DNA from: Okamejei kenojei | Lineage: Eukaryota | Assembly (NCBI GenBank): GCA_035221665.1 | Contig: CM069133.1 | Location: 84,444,001-84,508,000, forward strand | Reading direction: 5' to 3' | Length of the DNA stretch: 64,000 bases | Shown: in pieces, positions 27,573 through 39,706 of the stretch | Layout of the letters: each line of letters opens with the position of its first letter | How positions within the stretch are numbered: position 1 is the stretch's first letter | Made by a program: the position numbers and the translations under genes | The notes under the pieces: model-generated | Told to the model about the DNA's origin: nothing | Seen by the model: the letters and a program-made list of their open reading frames with translations, nothing else | Databases searched by the model: none

Positions 27573-28181
27573 AGGAAGGAACTGTAGATGCTGGTGTAAA
27601 CCAAATATAAACACAAAATGCTGGAGTAACTCAGCAGGACAGGCAGCATCTCTGGAGAGAAGGAATGGGTGATGTTTCGGGTCGAGATCCTTCTTCAGAC
27701 TGAAAGTCATGGGAAAGGGAAATGGGAGATATAATTGATGATACAGAGAAATACACAATGAATGAAAGATATGCAAAAAACATGACCTCTTCCATTGTCA
27801 GTGTGAGGTAAATTGGAGGAGCAGCATCTCATATTTTGCTTGGGCAGCTTACAGCCCAGTGGCATGAACATTGATTTCTCCAACTTCAAGTAACCCCAGT
27901 ATTCCCTCTCTCTCCAATCCTCCCCCACCCAAGTTGCACCAGCTTCTCATTCTCACCCATCAAACAGCTAACAATGACCTGTTTCCTTTATCATCGTTAC
28001 TTTATTTGCATATCTTTCATTCACCGTTCTATATCTCTATGCACCACTGTCCATATCTCTCATTTCTCATTCCCGTTATTTTCCCTTTGAAGAAGGGTCA
28101 TGACCCGAAACATCACCCATTCCTTCTCCTCAGAGGTGCTGCCTGTCCCGCTGAGTTACTCCAGCATTTTGTGCGTATCTT
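27573..28181 (+). mobile_element. Penelope-like element, 5'-truncated, with inverted 5' pLTR
   Basis: 27573-27785 is an inverted pLTR. 27790-27892 encodes the GIY-YIG C-terminus (KLEEQHLIFCLGSLQPSGMNIDFSNFK*). Direct pLTR runs to 28181. Both pLTRs carry hammerhead-like cores. Confidence 0.9.
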
Positions 28182-28464
28182 TAGTTCTACATTCTACATT
28201 CTATTCTAACACAGAAATTTGTGGAGTACTTTATAGAGGAGTGGGGTGGAAGATATAGAACTGGATGTGAAATCAGAGTTCAAGAGTTGGAAACGACATC
28301 CAAAATGTTGACTGGATACATGGGATATGGGAATGTTTTTATGGTGAAGAGACTCCAGGACAATTAGAGAAGCTTCATGATGGATTTCTACTGACTATGG
28401 CAAAGGCAGAAAGGTCACCAACGATGAAGAAATGAACTGAAACACATGTCAGGTCAACCAGAGG

Positions 28465-28548
28465 GGGGGACCCGAAACGTTGCCTATTTCCTTCGCTCCA
28501 TAGATGCTACCTCACCCTCTGAGTTTCTCCAGCATTTTTGTCTACCTC
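28465..28548 (+). mobile_element. pLTR fragment of a second Penelope-like subfamily
   Basis: gacccgaaacgttgcctatttccttcgctccatagatgctacctcaccctctgagtttctccagcatttttgtctacct. Confidence 0.75.
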
Positions 28549-29435
28549 GGATCAACCGGAAGCTAGTTGTAGGATGTGGAGAAGGAGAGGCTTGAAGATG
28601 ATGACTAGGTCTTTTAATTCATTCTTCATGAGAATAAGCCTGGTGTAGGCAAAAGACAAATTCGATTCAGTCTGGGATTGAACTTCAACAAGCTGAACAA
28701 TCTTTGAATTATGAAAAATAAATACAGAAATCACTGAAGTGTATACTAACATAATTAGCAAAAGACAAAATTGCGGCTTTACTCTAATGGCAAAGGCCAT
28801 GTCACTTCATGCAATGTGAATCTCAATGGCAAGGTTAAAACAGTATATTGAACCAGGCTTGAGAATCAAAATAATTAGGTTATTTCTTTATCATACATCT
28901 CCATGGTTCGGGGCAATTCAAAACCTTTTCACTCATTGAAAAATGTCCTCTGGATAGCTTTACTGCTTACTGCTACTGAATGAAGATACTGTATGTTGTG
29001 ATTGGAATGAGGTTTGCAGGTTTCACTGGCTTTTTGGCATTGCTGACCAGGCCACCCTACACAGCTCGGGTTAATCGACCTTGAGAAGAGGTGCTGCATT
29101 AGCGTGATTGCTTGAAGTCTCCCATGGTGTTGTTGGACAGGGAGTTCCAGGATTTATAGCCAGCAATGGGGAAATGTTCATATATTTCCAAGTCAGGATG
29201 ATGTGCAATTTGGGAGGGAATATGCAAGTAGTGGAACACCTGCTGCTCTTCTCCTTTTTGGTGGTCGAGTTTGAGGATTTGGGAAATGCTGTGAGGAGCC
29301 TGCTCGACTAGCCTGGAAGATTAATTCAGATAAGTGTGAGGTGTTACATTTTGGGAAGCCAAACCAGGCCAGGATCTTCACAGTGAATGATAAAGCTCTG
29401 GGGCGTGTGTAGCTTTCTCCTCCTATTCTGTCAAT

Positions 29436-29552
29436 TTGAAGAAGAATATTGACCCGAATCATTGTCTATCCATTCCCTCCACAGATGCTGCCTGACCAGC
29501 TGAGTTCCACCAGCAATTTCCTCAAGATTCCAGCATCTGCAGTTCCTTGTAT
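29436..29552 (+). mobile_element. Penelope-like pLTR fragment
   Basis: ttgaagaagaatattgacccgaatc...cagatgctgcctgaccagctgagttcc...ccagcatctgcagttcct. Confidence 0.75.
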
Positions 29553-30149
29553 TTAATTGGGAGATCAGTCCCACGGTTGAATGAAAGTTCAATATAGTAA
29601 TTCCCTCAATATCAACCCTTAGAGACTAGATACCCTGGGTACATCCTGACTCAGTAAGACAGACCCACCAGAGGAGATGGCACAGATTTATAGCCTTAGA
29701 GTCCTCAACATTGATACCAGGCCCCATGAATCATCAGGTCAAACACAGGCAAGCCACCTACTGAAGGCAACGTATCCATCCTCTCTCAGTTGATGAATCA
29801 GTGCTATTCCGCACTACAGAGGAATGGGAAGGAGCAGTGAAAGTTGCAAAGGCACCAAATGCATATGTGTTCAATGATCACTGGGTAGCTTGGTAGCTTT
29901 GTCTCAGACACACAGCTGGCTAAGAAGATAGTTGTCAAAATGGAATTGTGATGCTTCATAACTGAACCAAGATAGGAAAAACCTACTTGATGTTGCACTT
30001 CACATTCTACTGTGGTAGATGGGTCTGTCCATTATTGCAAAATCTAAGCTGGCTAATAATTCCCAATTAATCCCAGGGAACAAATAACGGATGGGGCATA
30101 TTGTCAACAGTGTTAAGCACATGGAAGATAGGTTGCCATATTGAAGATC

Positions 30150-30247
30150 AGCCTGAGGAAGGGTCTCGACCCAAAACATCACCCATTCCTTCTCCCCAGC
30201 GATGCTCCTGTCCCGCTGAGTTACTCCAGAATTTTATGTCTACTTTT
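30150..30247 (+). mobile_element. Penelope-like pLTR fragment
   Basis: cctgaggaagggtctcgacccaaaacatcacccattccttctccccag... Confidence 0.82.
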
Positions 30248-30480
30248 GAGATCAATTGTCCAAACCCCACAATATCACTGCAAAAGTTGCTCAGGGAAGT
30301 ATTAAATGCCCAACCATCTTTTGCTGCTTCATCAATTAATTTTCTTCCATCATGCGACTAGGAGTAGGGATGTTTATTGATGATTGCAAAATGTTGAATC
30401 CCATTCCCAACTTCTCAGCAAATGATGCAGCCCATACCTGCGTGTACCAAGACTTAGTCAGTATCCGTGCATGGGCTAAT

Positions 30481-31123
30481 AGAAACATAGAAACATAGAA
30501 ATTAGGTGCAGGAGTAGGCCATTCAGCCCTTCGAGCCTGCACCACCATTCAATATGATCATGGCTGATCATCCAACTCAGTATCCCGTACCTGCCTTCTC
30601 TCCATACCCTCTGATCCCCTTAGCCACAAGGGCCACATCCAACTCACCCTTAAATATAGCCAATGAACTGGCCTCAACTACCCTCTGTGGCAGAGAGTTC
30701 CAGAGACTCACCACTCTCTGTGTGAAAAAAGTCTTTCTCATCTCGGTCTTAAAGGATTTCCCCCTTATCCTTAAGCTGTGACCCCTTGTCCTGGACTTCC
30801 CCAACATCGGGAACAATCTTCCTGCATCTAGCCTGTCCAACCCCTTCAGAATTTTGTACGTTTCTATAAGATCCCCTCTCAATCTCCTAAATTCCAGAGA
30901 GTATAAACCGAGTCTATCCAGTCTTTCTTCATAAGACAGTCCTGACATCCCAGGAATCAGTCTGGTGAACCTTCTCTGCACTCCCTCTATGGCAATAATG
31001 TCCTTCCTCAGATTTGGAGACCAGAACTGTACGCAATACTCCAGGTGTGGTCTCACCAAGACCCTGTACAACTGAAGTAGAACCTCCCTGCTCCTGTACT
31101 CAAATCCTTTTGCTATGAAAGCT
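30481..31123 (-). mobile_element. Young CR1 3' end with (CATAGAAA)n tail, nested in an older LINE fragment (30280-30480 and 31140-31215)
   Basis: ORF 30577-31152 (LYRVLVRPHLEYCVQFWSP...LRGDLIETYKIL...RTRGHSLRI) is an intact CR1 ORF2 C-terminus. Confidence 0.95.
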
Positions 31124-32356
31124 ATGTGTTTTAAACAACATATGTGCCGCAAAGGTGCCAGTCAATGACTACCTACAATGAGAGAGAGTCTGATCACCTA
31201 CTCTTGACATTTACAATCTAACACTCATGGGCATAGCAATAAGGTGAGAGGAGGAAAGTTTAATAGAGAAGCGTGGGGCACGTTTCTCTACACAGAGAGA
31301 GGTGTGGACCTGGAACGCCTTGTCAAGGGTGGTGGTGGAGGCAGATAGTAGCATCTAAAAGGTCTTTAGGGTTAGAGAGTTATGGATTATGTACAGGCAG
31401 ACTAGATCAGTTTAACTTGGCATCATGTTTGGCACAAACAATGTGGTCCATATGTCCCGTTCCTGTGCTGTACTGCTCTATGCGCTATGTTCCATCACTG
31501 GCTGATGTTGGCTGTCGTGTGTCCCTTCTACAAATGCACTGTTCCTCAAGTTTGTTTGCATGTAGCCTTACTCTGGCAATGGAAACCTGAGGATCAACAC
31601 CTCATATTCTGCTTCGGTAGCTTACAATCCAACGCTATAAACAATGAGTTCACCAATTCCAAGTAATATCTCCTAGCCAACAAGCACTTTAGATATGTTG
31701 TCACCTTTGTGTTGTGGGGATACATGATATCCAATTATCCATGATGGATCCTTAAAGGGCAAGGTAGGAGATGTTTTCCTGACATTGTTTAAGAGTTAAA
31801 TAGCAGCAGGATATTATTGAGCTGTTACATCCAGACTATCCACATTGAATGATTCCTGTTAGTAAATTAGAAGTTATGTGATGCTTGCAAATATCCTGAC
31901 TACAATCATCTGTCCCAGTGTGATTGGCACCGAAAAGCTATCAGCCGATGTGTTAAAATACGTGTAATTGGAACAAACGCATCCTTTCCTATTTATCTGC
32001 ATGATCCCACTGGTGATGGAATGTGTTAGTTGTTTAGGTGGAAGATCAAATGCATCTTACACATAATGATTTGCTTTTATACAATCCAGTTTTCATTCAC
32101 AAGGTGCCATGTGTACAACCTGCTGGTGGGACAATATGTTGCCATCTAGTGTTGGTAGTTAGCTCATGGCTACATGTGGCAGAGCTATGATATCTTTGAC
32201 CACTGGCCGGTTTTGCACAAGACTCACCTTTTGGGAAGAAGACGGGAAATATAGAGCCCTTACTACAGAAATAATGTGGCAACACAATAAGAAGGCAAGA
32301 TCACAGAAACACAAGACATTGCCACTCACTTTTTGAAAACTCAACTGAGCATTCAA

Positions 32357-32480
32357 TTTGAAGAAGATTTCCAACCTGAAACGTCCTTGTCTAATCCTTG
32401 CCCGAATGCTACCTGATCTGCTAGGTTCCTCCAGCACTTTGTGATTTGCTCAAGATTCCAGCATCTGCAGTTCCTTGTGT
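32357..32480 (+). mobile_element. Penelope-like pLTR fragment, degenerate
   Basis: ttgaagaagatttccaacctgaaacgtcc...caagattccagcatctgcagttccttg. Confidence 0.7.
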
Positions 32481-32654
32481 TTCCATCCTGCTGCTCATTT
32501 ATTGCCAGGCATAACTTCAGGATGAACATTATGGAGTGTCTATGTGGATTACTGTAGGTATCTGTTCCCTTTAGATGCAAGTCTGCATGCATCTTGTTGG
32601 GAGAATCAGCAATGTAATGTTAAAGTCTGCAACGTGGTTACCCTATATTAAATA

Positions 32655-33455
32655 CTAGAATAAGTGGGACCCGTTGTTTCACAGCTTCACACGGGAGGGC
32701 TGGTCCCCCAATGCAATATTCCACCTCTCTACCAATTCCAATATTGCTGGCCAGTGGGGGTGGGGGGGCTAGTATGGACATTGTGGGCCGAATGGATTCT
32801 TGGGCTGGCAGTCACTCAGGCCAGGCAGCTCAGTCACTCTGGCCAGGCAGCTCATTCACTCTGGCCAGGCAGCTCAGTCACTCTGGCCAGGCAGCTCAGT
32901 CACTCTGGCCAGGCAGCTCAGTCACTAGCCAGGCAGCTCAGTCACTCTGGCCAGGCAGCATTTTAGAACCAATAGATACACTTTTTGCAAGCATTTTAGA
33001 ACCAATAGCCACTTTTTGCAAGCATTTTAGAACCAATTGACACATTTTGCAAGCATTTTAGAACCAATAGAGACACTTTTTGCAAGCATTTATAGAACCA
33101 CATTATGGGCACTCACAGTTGAGTAGACATGTATTCCGTGCTATTCAGAGCTCAGAGAGACGTGACTTTCTGGCTTCCTCCAGATTGCAGAGACAGAGTG
33201 AGGCACACCACTTGCTGCTTTTATAGTCCCTCCCCCTCCCTCCATCAGGGGCAGCAGAGAATGGCTATTAAAAAAAAAACATTAATATCTCTCTGATCTT
33301 TCATCGATGGGAAACATCCTCTGGTCCAGGAAGGCGGAGGGGGGTGGGCTCTGAGCGAGCTGGCCAAATATGACAGCCATAGGTGGCGGCGTTCTCTCGG
33401 AAATCACACCACAGTGAGCCAAAAGCGGTCAAGATCAGACTTTAAGTAATATAGA
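32655..33455 (-). mobile_element. Non-autonomous Helitron with internal minisatellites
   Basis: Minus strand begins TCTATATTACT (33455) and ends CTAG (32655), inserted at A|T with no TSD. A 22-bp array (ctcagtcactctggccaggcag) at ~32813-32958 and a ~33-bp array (gcattttagaaccaatag...) at ~32957-33100. Confidence 0.85.
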
Positions 33456-33494
33456 TGTTGTTGCATTGTACACAATATTGGGAGTTTCTTCATT

Positions 33495-34010
33495 GTTAAA
33501 ACTGTACACACTGTGGAAAAATAGTGTGCAGTGCTGTGAGGAAGTATGTAGTGGTGAGAAAGTGGTGAGGCAATGTGCACTGTGGTGATACAGTGTGCAC
33601 TGTTTGTGAGACTGTGTTTGGTAGTAAGATAGTGTGCAATGTGGTGAGTGAGTCTTATCACCTTTAGACTGTGGGCTTTATGGTAAGACAATCTGCACCT
33701 TTGTGATAGAGTGCACCATGGTAAGAAAGCGTGCATTGCAGGAAGACATTATGCCTGTGATGAGCCAGACTGCACAGTGGTGAAATTAGTTTGTGGGCAC
33801 TGTGCTGAGACTATGCATTGTGATGAGACAGTGTGCACTGTGGTATGCCTGTGCACTTTGGTGAATCTGCGTGCACTGTGGTGAGTCTGTGTGTACTGTA
33901 CTGAGACTGCGCACTTTGGTTGGCCAGTGTGCAATGTGGTGAGAAAGTGTGCACAGTGGTGAAAAAATGTACACTATGCTGATACTGTGTACTGTAGTGA
34001 GACAGTGAGC
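33495..34010. repeat. Cryptic TG-rich tandem repeat (gtgtgcactgtggtgag-like unit)
   Basis: Recurrent gtgtgcac(t/a)gtggtga motifs about every 20 bp. Similar decayed tracts at ~26500-26760 and ~40190-40410. Confidence 0.75.
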
Positions 34011-34479
34011 ATCTTAATGAAACCATGTGCATGGAAGGGTTAAAAGGGTGTAACAATTGGAATATTCTCTATTGATTACAGAGAATATTCCAATTCTGGA
34101 GAGAGTGGTGTAGAGAAGTCTACAGAATCAGTTTTGCAGAGTTAAGAAACAGTGGATGGAACATTACGCACTGGATATATTCAGTATATCAAGGAGTGAG
34201 AGCAATATCCTGGGCAAATATACAGGTCGTTTATAGACACGTGCAAAAACAGGTGCAATTATGATGAAGGCTTTTCATCATCAAATAATAAACTGAGATA
34301 ATAAGAATGTAAAGGGCAAAGAGGACGGCGAGGTTCTAAAATAATTTCCGGCACAAGGTCTTTTTAGTTCTACAAGTAAGGTGTCATTTTTGGGCCAGGT
34401 TCCTGGTAATGGGCAGGGTCATGCACAAGGTTTCAGGAGGGTAACATTTAGGAGGGAGTGAACAAAATAATCTAAGATT

Positions 34480-35120
34480 TAGAAACACGGAACTGCAGAG
34501 GCTGGTTTATTTAGAAAAAGACACAAAATATGAAGTAACTCATCGCAGCATCCAGCAGCATCACTGGAGAATATGGATCGGTGATGTTTCGGGAACTTCA
34601 GAAATTGTTACGAGGTTGTGGAAGGGGCGGGGGGGGGGGGGGGGGGGGGGTGGAAAGAAAGCTGGAGGAGAGGAGGAACAGGGTCAATGTTTGGCTGGTA
34701 ATAAATGTACATAGTCAAGGGGGGGGTTTGATAAGCAGATGGTGGACATCGGCCAGGGATGAGAAAACAGAAAGTGTGAGACAAAAATATTGCAAATTTT
34801 AAAGCCAGAGGAAGGAATGTAGGTGAAAGGGGAAGGGGGACGGGACAAATAGATGTGAGTCGAAGTTGGGATCATGGAAGGGGAGGGGGTATTGGAAGAA
34901 AGGGGGGGGTGGAGGGGAGGAACAAGGATAGAAAGATGGTGGTGTTGTTTAGAGTTTGCCTAAAATTGGAGAATTCAATGTTCATACTATTGGGTTGTAG
35001 CTACCCAAGCAGAATATGAAGTGCTGTTCCTCCATTTGGTGAGTGGCCTTAGTCTGGCAATGGAGGAGGTACAGGACAAAAAGGTCAATATAGGAATGGG
35101 AAGGGGATTTAAAATGACAC
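34480..35120 (-). mobile_element. Penelope-like element 3' fragment
   Basis: The minus strand of 34965-35120 gives the GIY-YIG C-terminus (EEQHFIFCLG; PNSMNIEFSNF). pLTR and tail at 34480-34600. Confidence 0.8.
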
Positions 35121-35133
35121 ATCCGAGCACGTC

Positions 35134-35885
35134 CATAAGTTCAAAAGTCACAGGAGCAAAATTAGACCATTTGGCTCATCGAGTCTTCTCCACCATTCAA
35201 TCATGGGTGATCTATCTTTATCTCTCAACCCAATTCTTCTGCCTTCTCGCGTAACATTTGACACTGTCCCACTTAAGCCCCTGTCCCACTTAGGAAACCT
35301 GAACGGAAACCTCTGGAGACTTTGCGCCCCATCCAAGGTTTCCGTGCGGTTCCCAGAGGTTTTTGTCATCCAGCAGCCACCTTCGACTAGCATCGCAACC
35401 GGCTTTGACCAAAAAATTAACGATTTTTTTAAATGGAAACCACTTTCGACCATTAGAGAGACTGACAAAAACCTCCGGGAACCGCACGGAACCTCACGGA
35501 AACCTTGGGTGGGACGCAAAGTCTCCAGAGGTTTCCGTTCAGGTTTCCTTTTACTAATCAAATACCCATCAATCTCCACTTTAAAAATACCCAAAGACTT
35601 ACCTCCACAGCCATCTGTGGCAATGAATTCGACAGATTCACCCTCTGGTCCTACACTCTCCCACTAGTGGAAGCAATCTCCCAACATCCAATCTACCCCC
35701 TTCATCCTTCTAAACTCCAGCAAGTACAGGCCCAGAACCATCAAACATTGGTTCATCATACATTGACCCAATTAACCCCGGAATCATTCTCGTAAACCTC
35801 CTCTGAACCCATTGAATGCCAGCACATCCCTCCTTAAATGAATGCTAACATTGCATTTGACATCCTTACCACCAATTCAACCTTT
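35134..35885 (-). mobile_element. CR1 3' fragment interrupted by a MITE
   Basis: caggagcaaaattagaccatttggctcatcgagtc...ccattcaatcatgg, and ctccacagccatctgtggcaatgaattc are CR1 3' blocks. Confidence 0.8.
35264..35549. mobile_element. Palindromic MITE, PIF/Harbinger-like TIR (GCCCCTGTCCCACTTAGG)
   Basis: 35292-35360 (aggaaacctgaacggaaacctctggagactttg) is an inverted repeat of 35470-35549. The superfamily is inferred. Confidence 0.8.
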
Positions 35886-36195
35886 GAGTTTAGAGATACA
35901 GCGCAGAAACAGGCCCTTCAGCCCATTGAGTCCGCATCTACCAGCAATCCCCGCACATCAACACTATCCTACACAAGGGACAATTTTTACATTTATACAA
36001 AGCCAATAAACCTACAAACCTGTACGTCTTTGGAGTATGGGTGGAAACTGAAGTTCTCGGAGAAAACCCACACAGGTCACGGGGAGAACGTACAAACTCC
36101 GAACAGGCAAGCTCCTGTAGCCAGGATCGAACCCGGGCCTCTGGCGCTGTAAGCACTGTAAGGCAGCAACACTACCGCTGCGTTATCATGCTACC
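35886..36195 (-). mobile_element. HE1-type V-SINE
   Basis: B box ggttcgatcc (from ggatcgaacc), V-domain and CR1-like tail, as at 7630-7933. Confidence 0.9.
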
Positions 36196-36379
36196 CTATG
36201 GAATGTGGGAGGCTAACCTGCAAATTAATCTTTTGGGAATCCTGCATGAGCACCCTAAGTCTCTTTGCACCCCAAATTTCTGCATGAGTAGGGCAAAACA
36301 GTTGCCCAGTTTACAGGAGGTCAGATCGGGAACGCCGGATGCAGTAGATGAGGTCAGAGGAGTTATTCCATTATAAGAT

Positions 36380-37085
36380 TCAGGTCAGCTATTGAAAAGG
36401 AGTAATCTAAAGTAAAAATAACTAATTTATGGCCAATTTAAAAGAGATGAAAGTGGATCTTTGGAGTGTAGTTTAGAGTCCATGGAAACAGGCCCTTCGG
36501 TCCACTCTGACCACCAATCACCCATATGGTTCCCTGGATAACATAAATGATGCAGAAGAAGATAAGGGAACTAAAGATGGCTTGTGCCAAGTCAAAGCTG
36601 GGCAGATCACGAAAGAATCGGTGGGAAGTGAAAATTAATGTAAGAGAGGCAAAGCTTAGTAGCTAACATAACTGGGATACCAAAAGTATTCTACAAGCAT
36701 AGAAATAACAAAGAGTGACAGAGGTAGCAAAAGTAGTAGGTGTAGCTTACATGGACTTCAGTAAAACCTTTGACAAGGTCTCACGTGCGATTTTGGTACA
36801 AAAGGTTAGGGCCTTTGGAATTAGATCCAAAATTGGCTTGGAATCCAGGACAAATTGGTAAATTAGATCAAAAATTGGCTTGGTAATAGCAGACAAAGCT
36901 TGAAAGGAGAGAGTTATTTCTGTGGTTTGAATGCCTGTGATTAGAAGTGTTCCACAGTGATTGGTGCTGGGACTTTTACTGCTTCATATGGATATGAATG
37001 ATTTGGATGTGGATGTAGGAGGCACGATCAGTAAATTCACAGATGAGACTACGATTAGTGGAATTGTTGCCAGTGGGGAGATGAT
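36380..37085 (+). mobile_element. Old CR1 ORF2 fragments
   Basis: tacatggacttcagtaaaacctttgacaaggtc (YMDFSKTFDKV). ORF 36961 NDLDVDVGGTISKFTDET. Confidence 0.8.
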
Positions 37086-37094
37086 ACAGGGGCT

Positions 37095-37308
37095 CACTGA
37101 GTCCGCCCCGACCACCGATCACCGCACATTCGGGACAATTTACACACCAAGCCTATTAAACGACATACCTGTACCTCTTTGGAGTGTGGGAGAAAATCCA
37201 CTCGGTCACATGGAAAACATACAAACTCCGTACAGACAGCACCTGTGATCAGGATCAAACCCAAATCTCCAGCGCAGGCAGCAACTCTACTGCGGTGCCA
37301 CCGTGCCA
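37095..37308 (-). mobile_element. HE1-type V-SINE (internally deleted)
   Basis: ggcagcaactctactgcggtgccaccgtgcc head and V-domain. A second, older plus-strand V-SINE follows at ~37345-37510. Confidence 0.85.
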
Positions 37309-37530
37309 TCTAGTCGGTCCATTGAATCACCAAGAACAGAGATGTAATGCCTCACAGCTTCAGTGACCCAGGTTTGACCCTGACATCCGGTGCAGTCTGT
37401 CTGGAGTTTGTAATTTCTCCCTGTGATTGCACGGCTTTCCCTCTGGGTGCTCGGATTTCCTCCCACATCCCAAAAACACACAGGTTGATTAATGGGCCTC
37501 TGTAAATTGGCGACTGCATCTCCAAGTATG

Positions 37531-38441
37531 CATAGAAATATAGAAACATAGAAAATAGGTGCAGGAGTAGGCCATTCGGCCCTTCGAGCCTGCACCACCA
37601 TTCAATATGATCATGGCTGATCATCCAACTCAGTATCCTGTACCTGCCTTCTCTCCATACCCCTTGATCACTTTAGCCACGTGCCACATCTAACTCCCTC
37701 TTAAATATAGCCAATGAACTGGTCTCAACTTCCTTCTGTGGCAGAGAATTCCACAGATTCACCACTCTTTGCGTGAAAAATTTTTTTTCTCATCTCGGTC
37801 CTAAAAGACTTATCTTTAAACTGTGACCCCTTGTTCTGGACTTCCCCAACATCATGAACAATCTTCTTGCATCTAGCCTGTCCAACCCCCTAAGTACAGT
37901 TCTGGTCTCCAAATCTGAGGAAGAACATTATTGCCATAGAGGGAGTGCAGAGAAGGTTCACCATACTGATTCCTGGAATGTCAGGACTGTCTTATGAAGA
38001 ATGACTGGATAGACTCGGTTTATACTCCCTAGAATTTAGGAGATCAGAGGGGATCTTATAGAAACTTACAAAATTCTTAAGGGGTTGGACAGGCTAGATG
38101 CAGCAAAGATTGTTCCCGATGTTGGGGAAGGTCCAGGACAAGGGGTCACAGCTTAAGGATAAGGGGGAAATCCTTTAGGACCGAGATGAGAAGGAGACCC
38201 ATGAGTGGTGAGTCTCTGGAACTCTCTGCCACAGAGGGTAGTGGAGGCCAGTTCATTGGCTATATTTAAGAGGGAGTTAGATGTGGCCCTTGTGGCTAGG
38301 GGGAGCAGAGGGTATGGAGAAAAGGCAGGTACGGGATACTGAGTTGGATGATCAGCCATGATGCTATTGAATGGCGGTGCAGGCTCGAAGGGCCGAATGG
38401 CCTACTCCTGCACCTAATTTCTATGTTTCTATGTTTCTATG
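37531..38441. mobile_element. Two CR1 3' ends joined 5'-to-5' (tails outward)
   Basis: 37531-37894 is on the minus strand with a (catagaaa)n tail. 37894-38441 is on the plus strand with a (tttctatg)n tail. Confidence 0.92.
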
Positions 38442-38658
38442 TCAGAAAGTCAAGGATCCAGTGGCAGACAGGGGTGCAGATTCCTAGGACCTGGAGTCTG
38501 GAGATGGGATTATTGTAGTTAAGATGACAAATAGGCGTCTAACCTACGAATCATTATTGTCCAGGTGTTTCAGTGATCGGTTTAGGGCCATGGAGGTGGT
38601 GCCTGCTGTGGTCCTGTTGCAACCCTAAGCAAACCACTGTGGATCAATGCTGGAGTTA

Positions 38659-39337
38659 AGGACCAGTCCCACTTAGGCGATTTTTTAGGCGATTTTTTAG
38701 GCGACTGCCGGCGACTGTCATAGTCATAGCAGGTCGCTGAAAAAGCGGCGACTGGAACCCCCCATGACAATGTCTACGACAATATCTATGAAAAGCTACA
38801 ACAACCTACCACTTATTCGACGTTAAGCCACAACAAGCTACCAACAACCAACGACCCATTAGGCCATCCACCTATGACCACACCTACGACAATCTACTAC
38901 CACACAGGCGACAACCTACTACAACTGAAGTCAATCTACAACACCCGCGACAAGCTACGAGAAGCTACGACCCTGTCAGCGACAACTAAAGACAACTGAA
39001 GACAATTCAGTCGCTGGTACCTGTCGCCGGTTGTCATAGGTTGATGTAGGTAGTCGCCAATGGAATTCACCAGTCAGCACCGGCGCCAACCTACGTCACC
39101 TGGCGACAACCTATGATAGCACCTACGTCAGGAGAAATCAAGCTACGCTCAGTGGCGCCAACGCACTGTCGCCAAAATTTTTTGAACATGTTGAAAATCC
39201 AGCGATGACCAGAAAGACGCTACGATTCTTTGGGCGACTGAGGAGACTATTCACAGCATTACAGGCGATACTCCGGCGACCGTGTGATGACAATCCTGTA
39301 ATCACCGAAATAAAATAGCCTAAGTGGTACAGGCCCT
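38659..39337. mobile_element. PIF/Harbinger-like MITE
   Basis: TIRs aggaccagtcccacttaggc and gcctaagtggtacaggccct, flanked by TTA/TGA. The interior is made of ~10-bp (aacctacgac)-like repeats. Confidence 0.82.
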
Positions 39338-39374
39338 TGAATGTGCGCCATCACCAGTCTCTCAAAGCACTTCG

Positions 39375-39706
39375 TTTTTTAGTTTAGTTTAGTTTAAAGA
39401 TACAGCACAGAAACAGGCCCTTTGGCCCACCGAGTTTGCACTGACCAGCGATCCCCGCACATTAACACAAACCTACACACACTAGGGACAATTTACACTT
39501 ATACCAAGTATACAAACCCAAGCCAATTAACCTACAACTGTACATCTTTGGAGTGTGGGAGGAAACTGAAGATCTTGGAGAAAACCCATGCAGTCACACG
39601 GAGAACGTACAAACTTCATACATACAGCACTTGTAGTCGGGATCGATTTTGGATCTCTGGCGCTGCAAGCGCTGTAAGGCAGCAACTCTACCGCTGCGCC
39701 ATTGTG
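39375..39706 (-). mobile_element. HE1-type V-SINE
   Basis: Full head, V-domain and (ctaaa)n tail. Confidence 0.9.

Noticed and set aside
32813-33100. CRISPR-like arrays (also 49222-49405 and 55032-55130)
   Set aside because: Head-to-tail tandem units with no unique spacers and no cas genes. They are minisatellites in Helitrons.
35148-35667. Overlapping 148-aa and 154-aa ORFs on both strands
   Set aside because: Consequence of the palindromic MITE.
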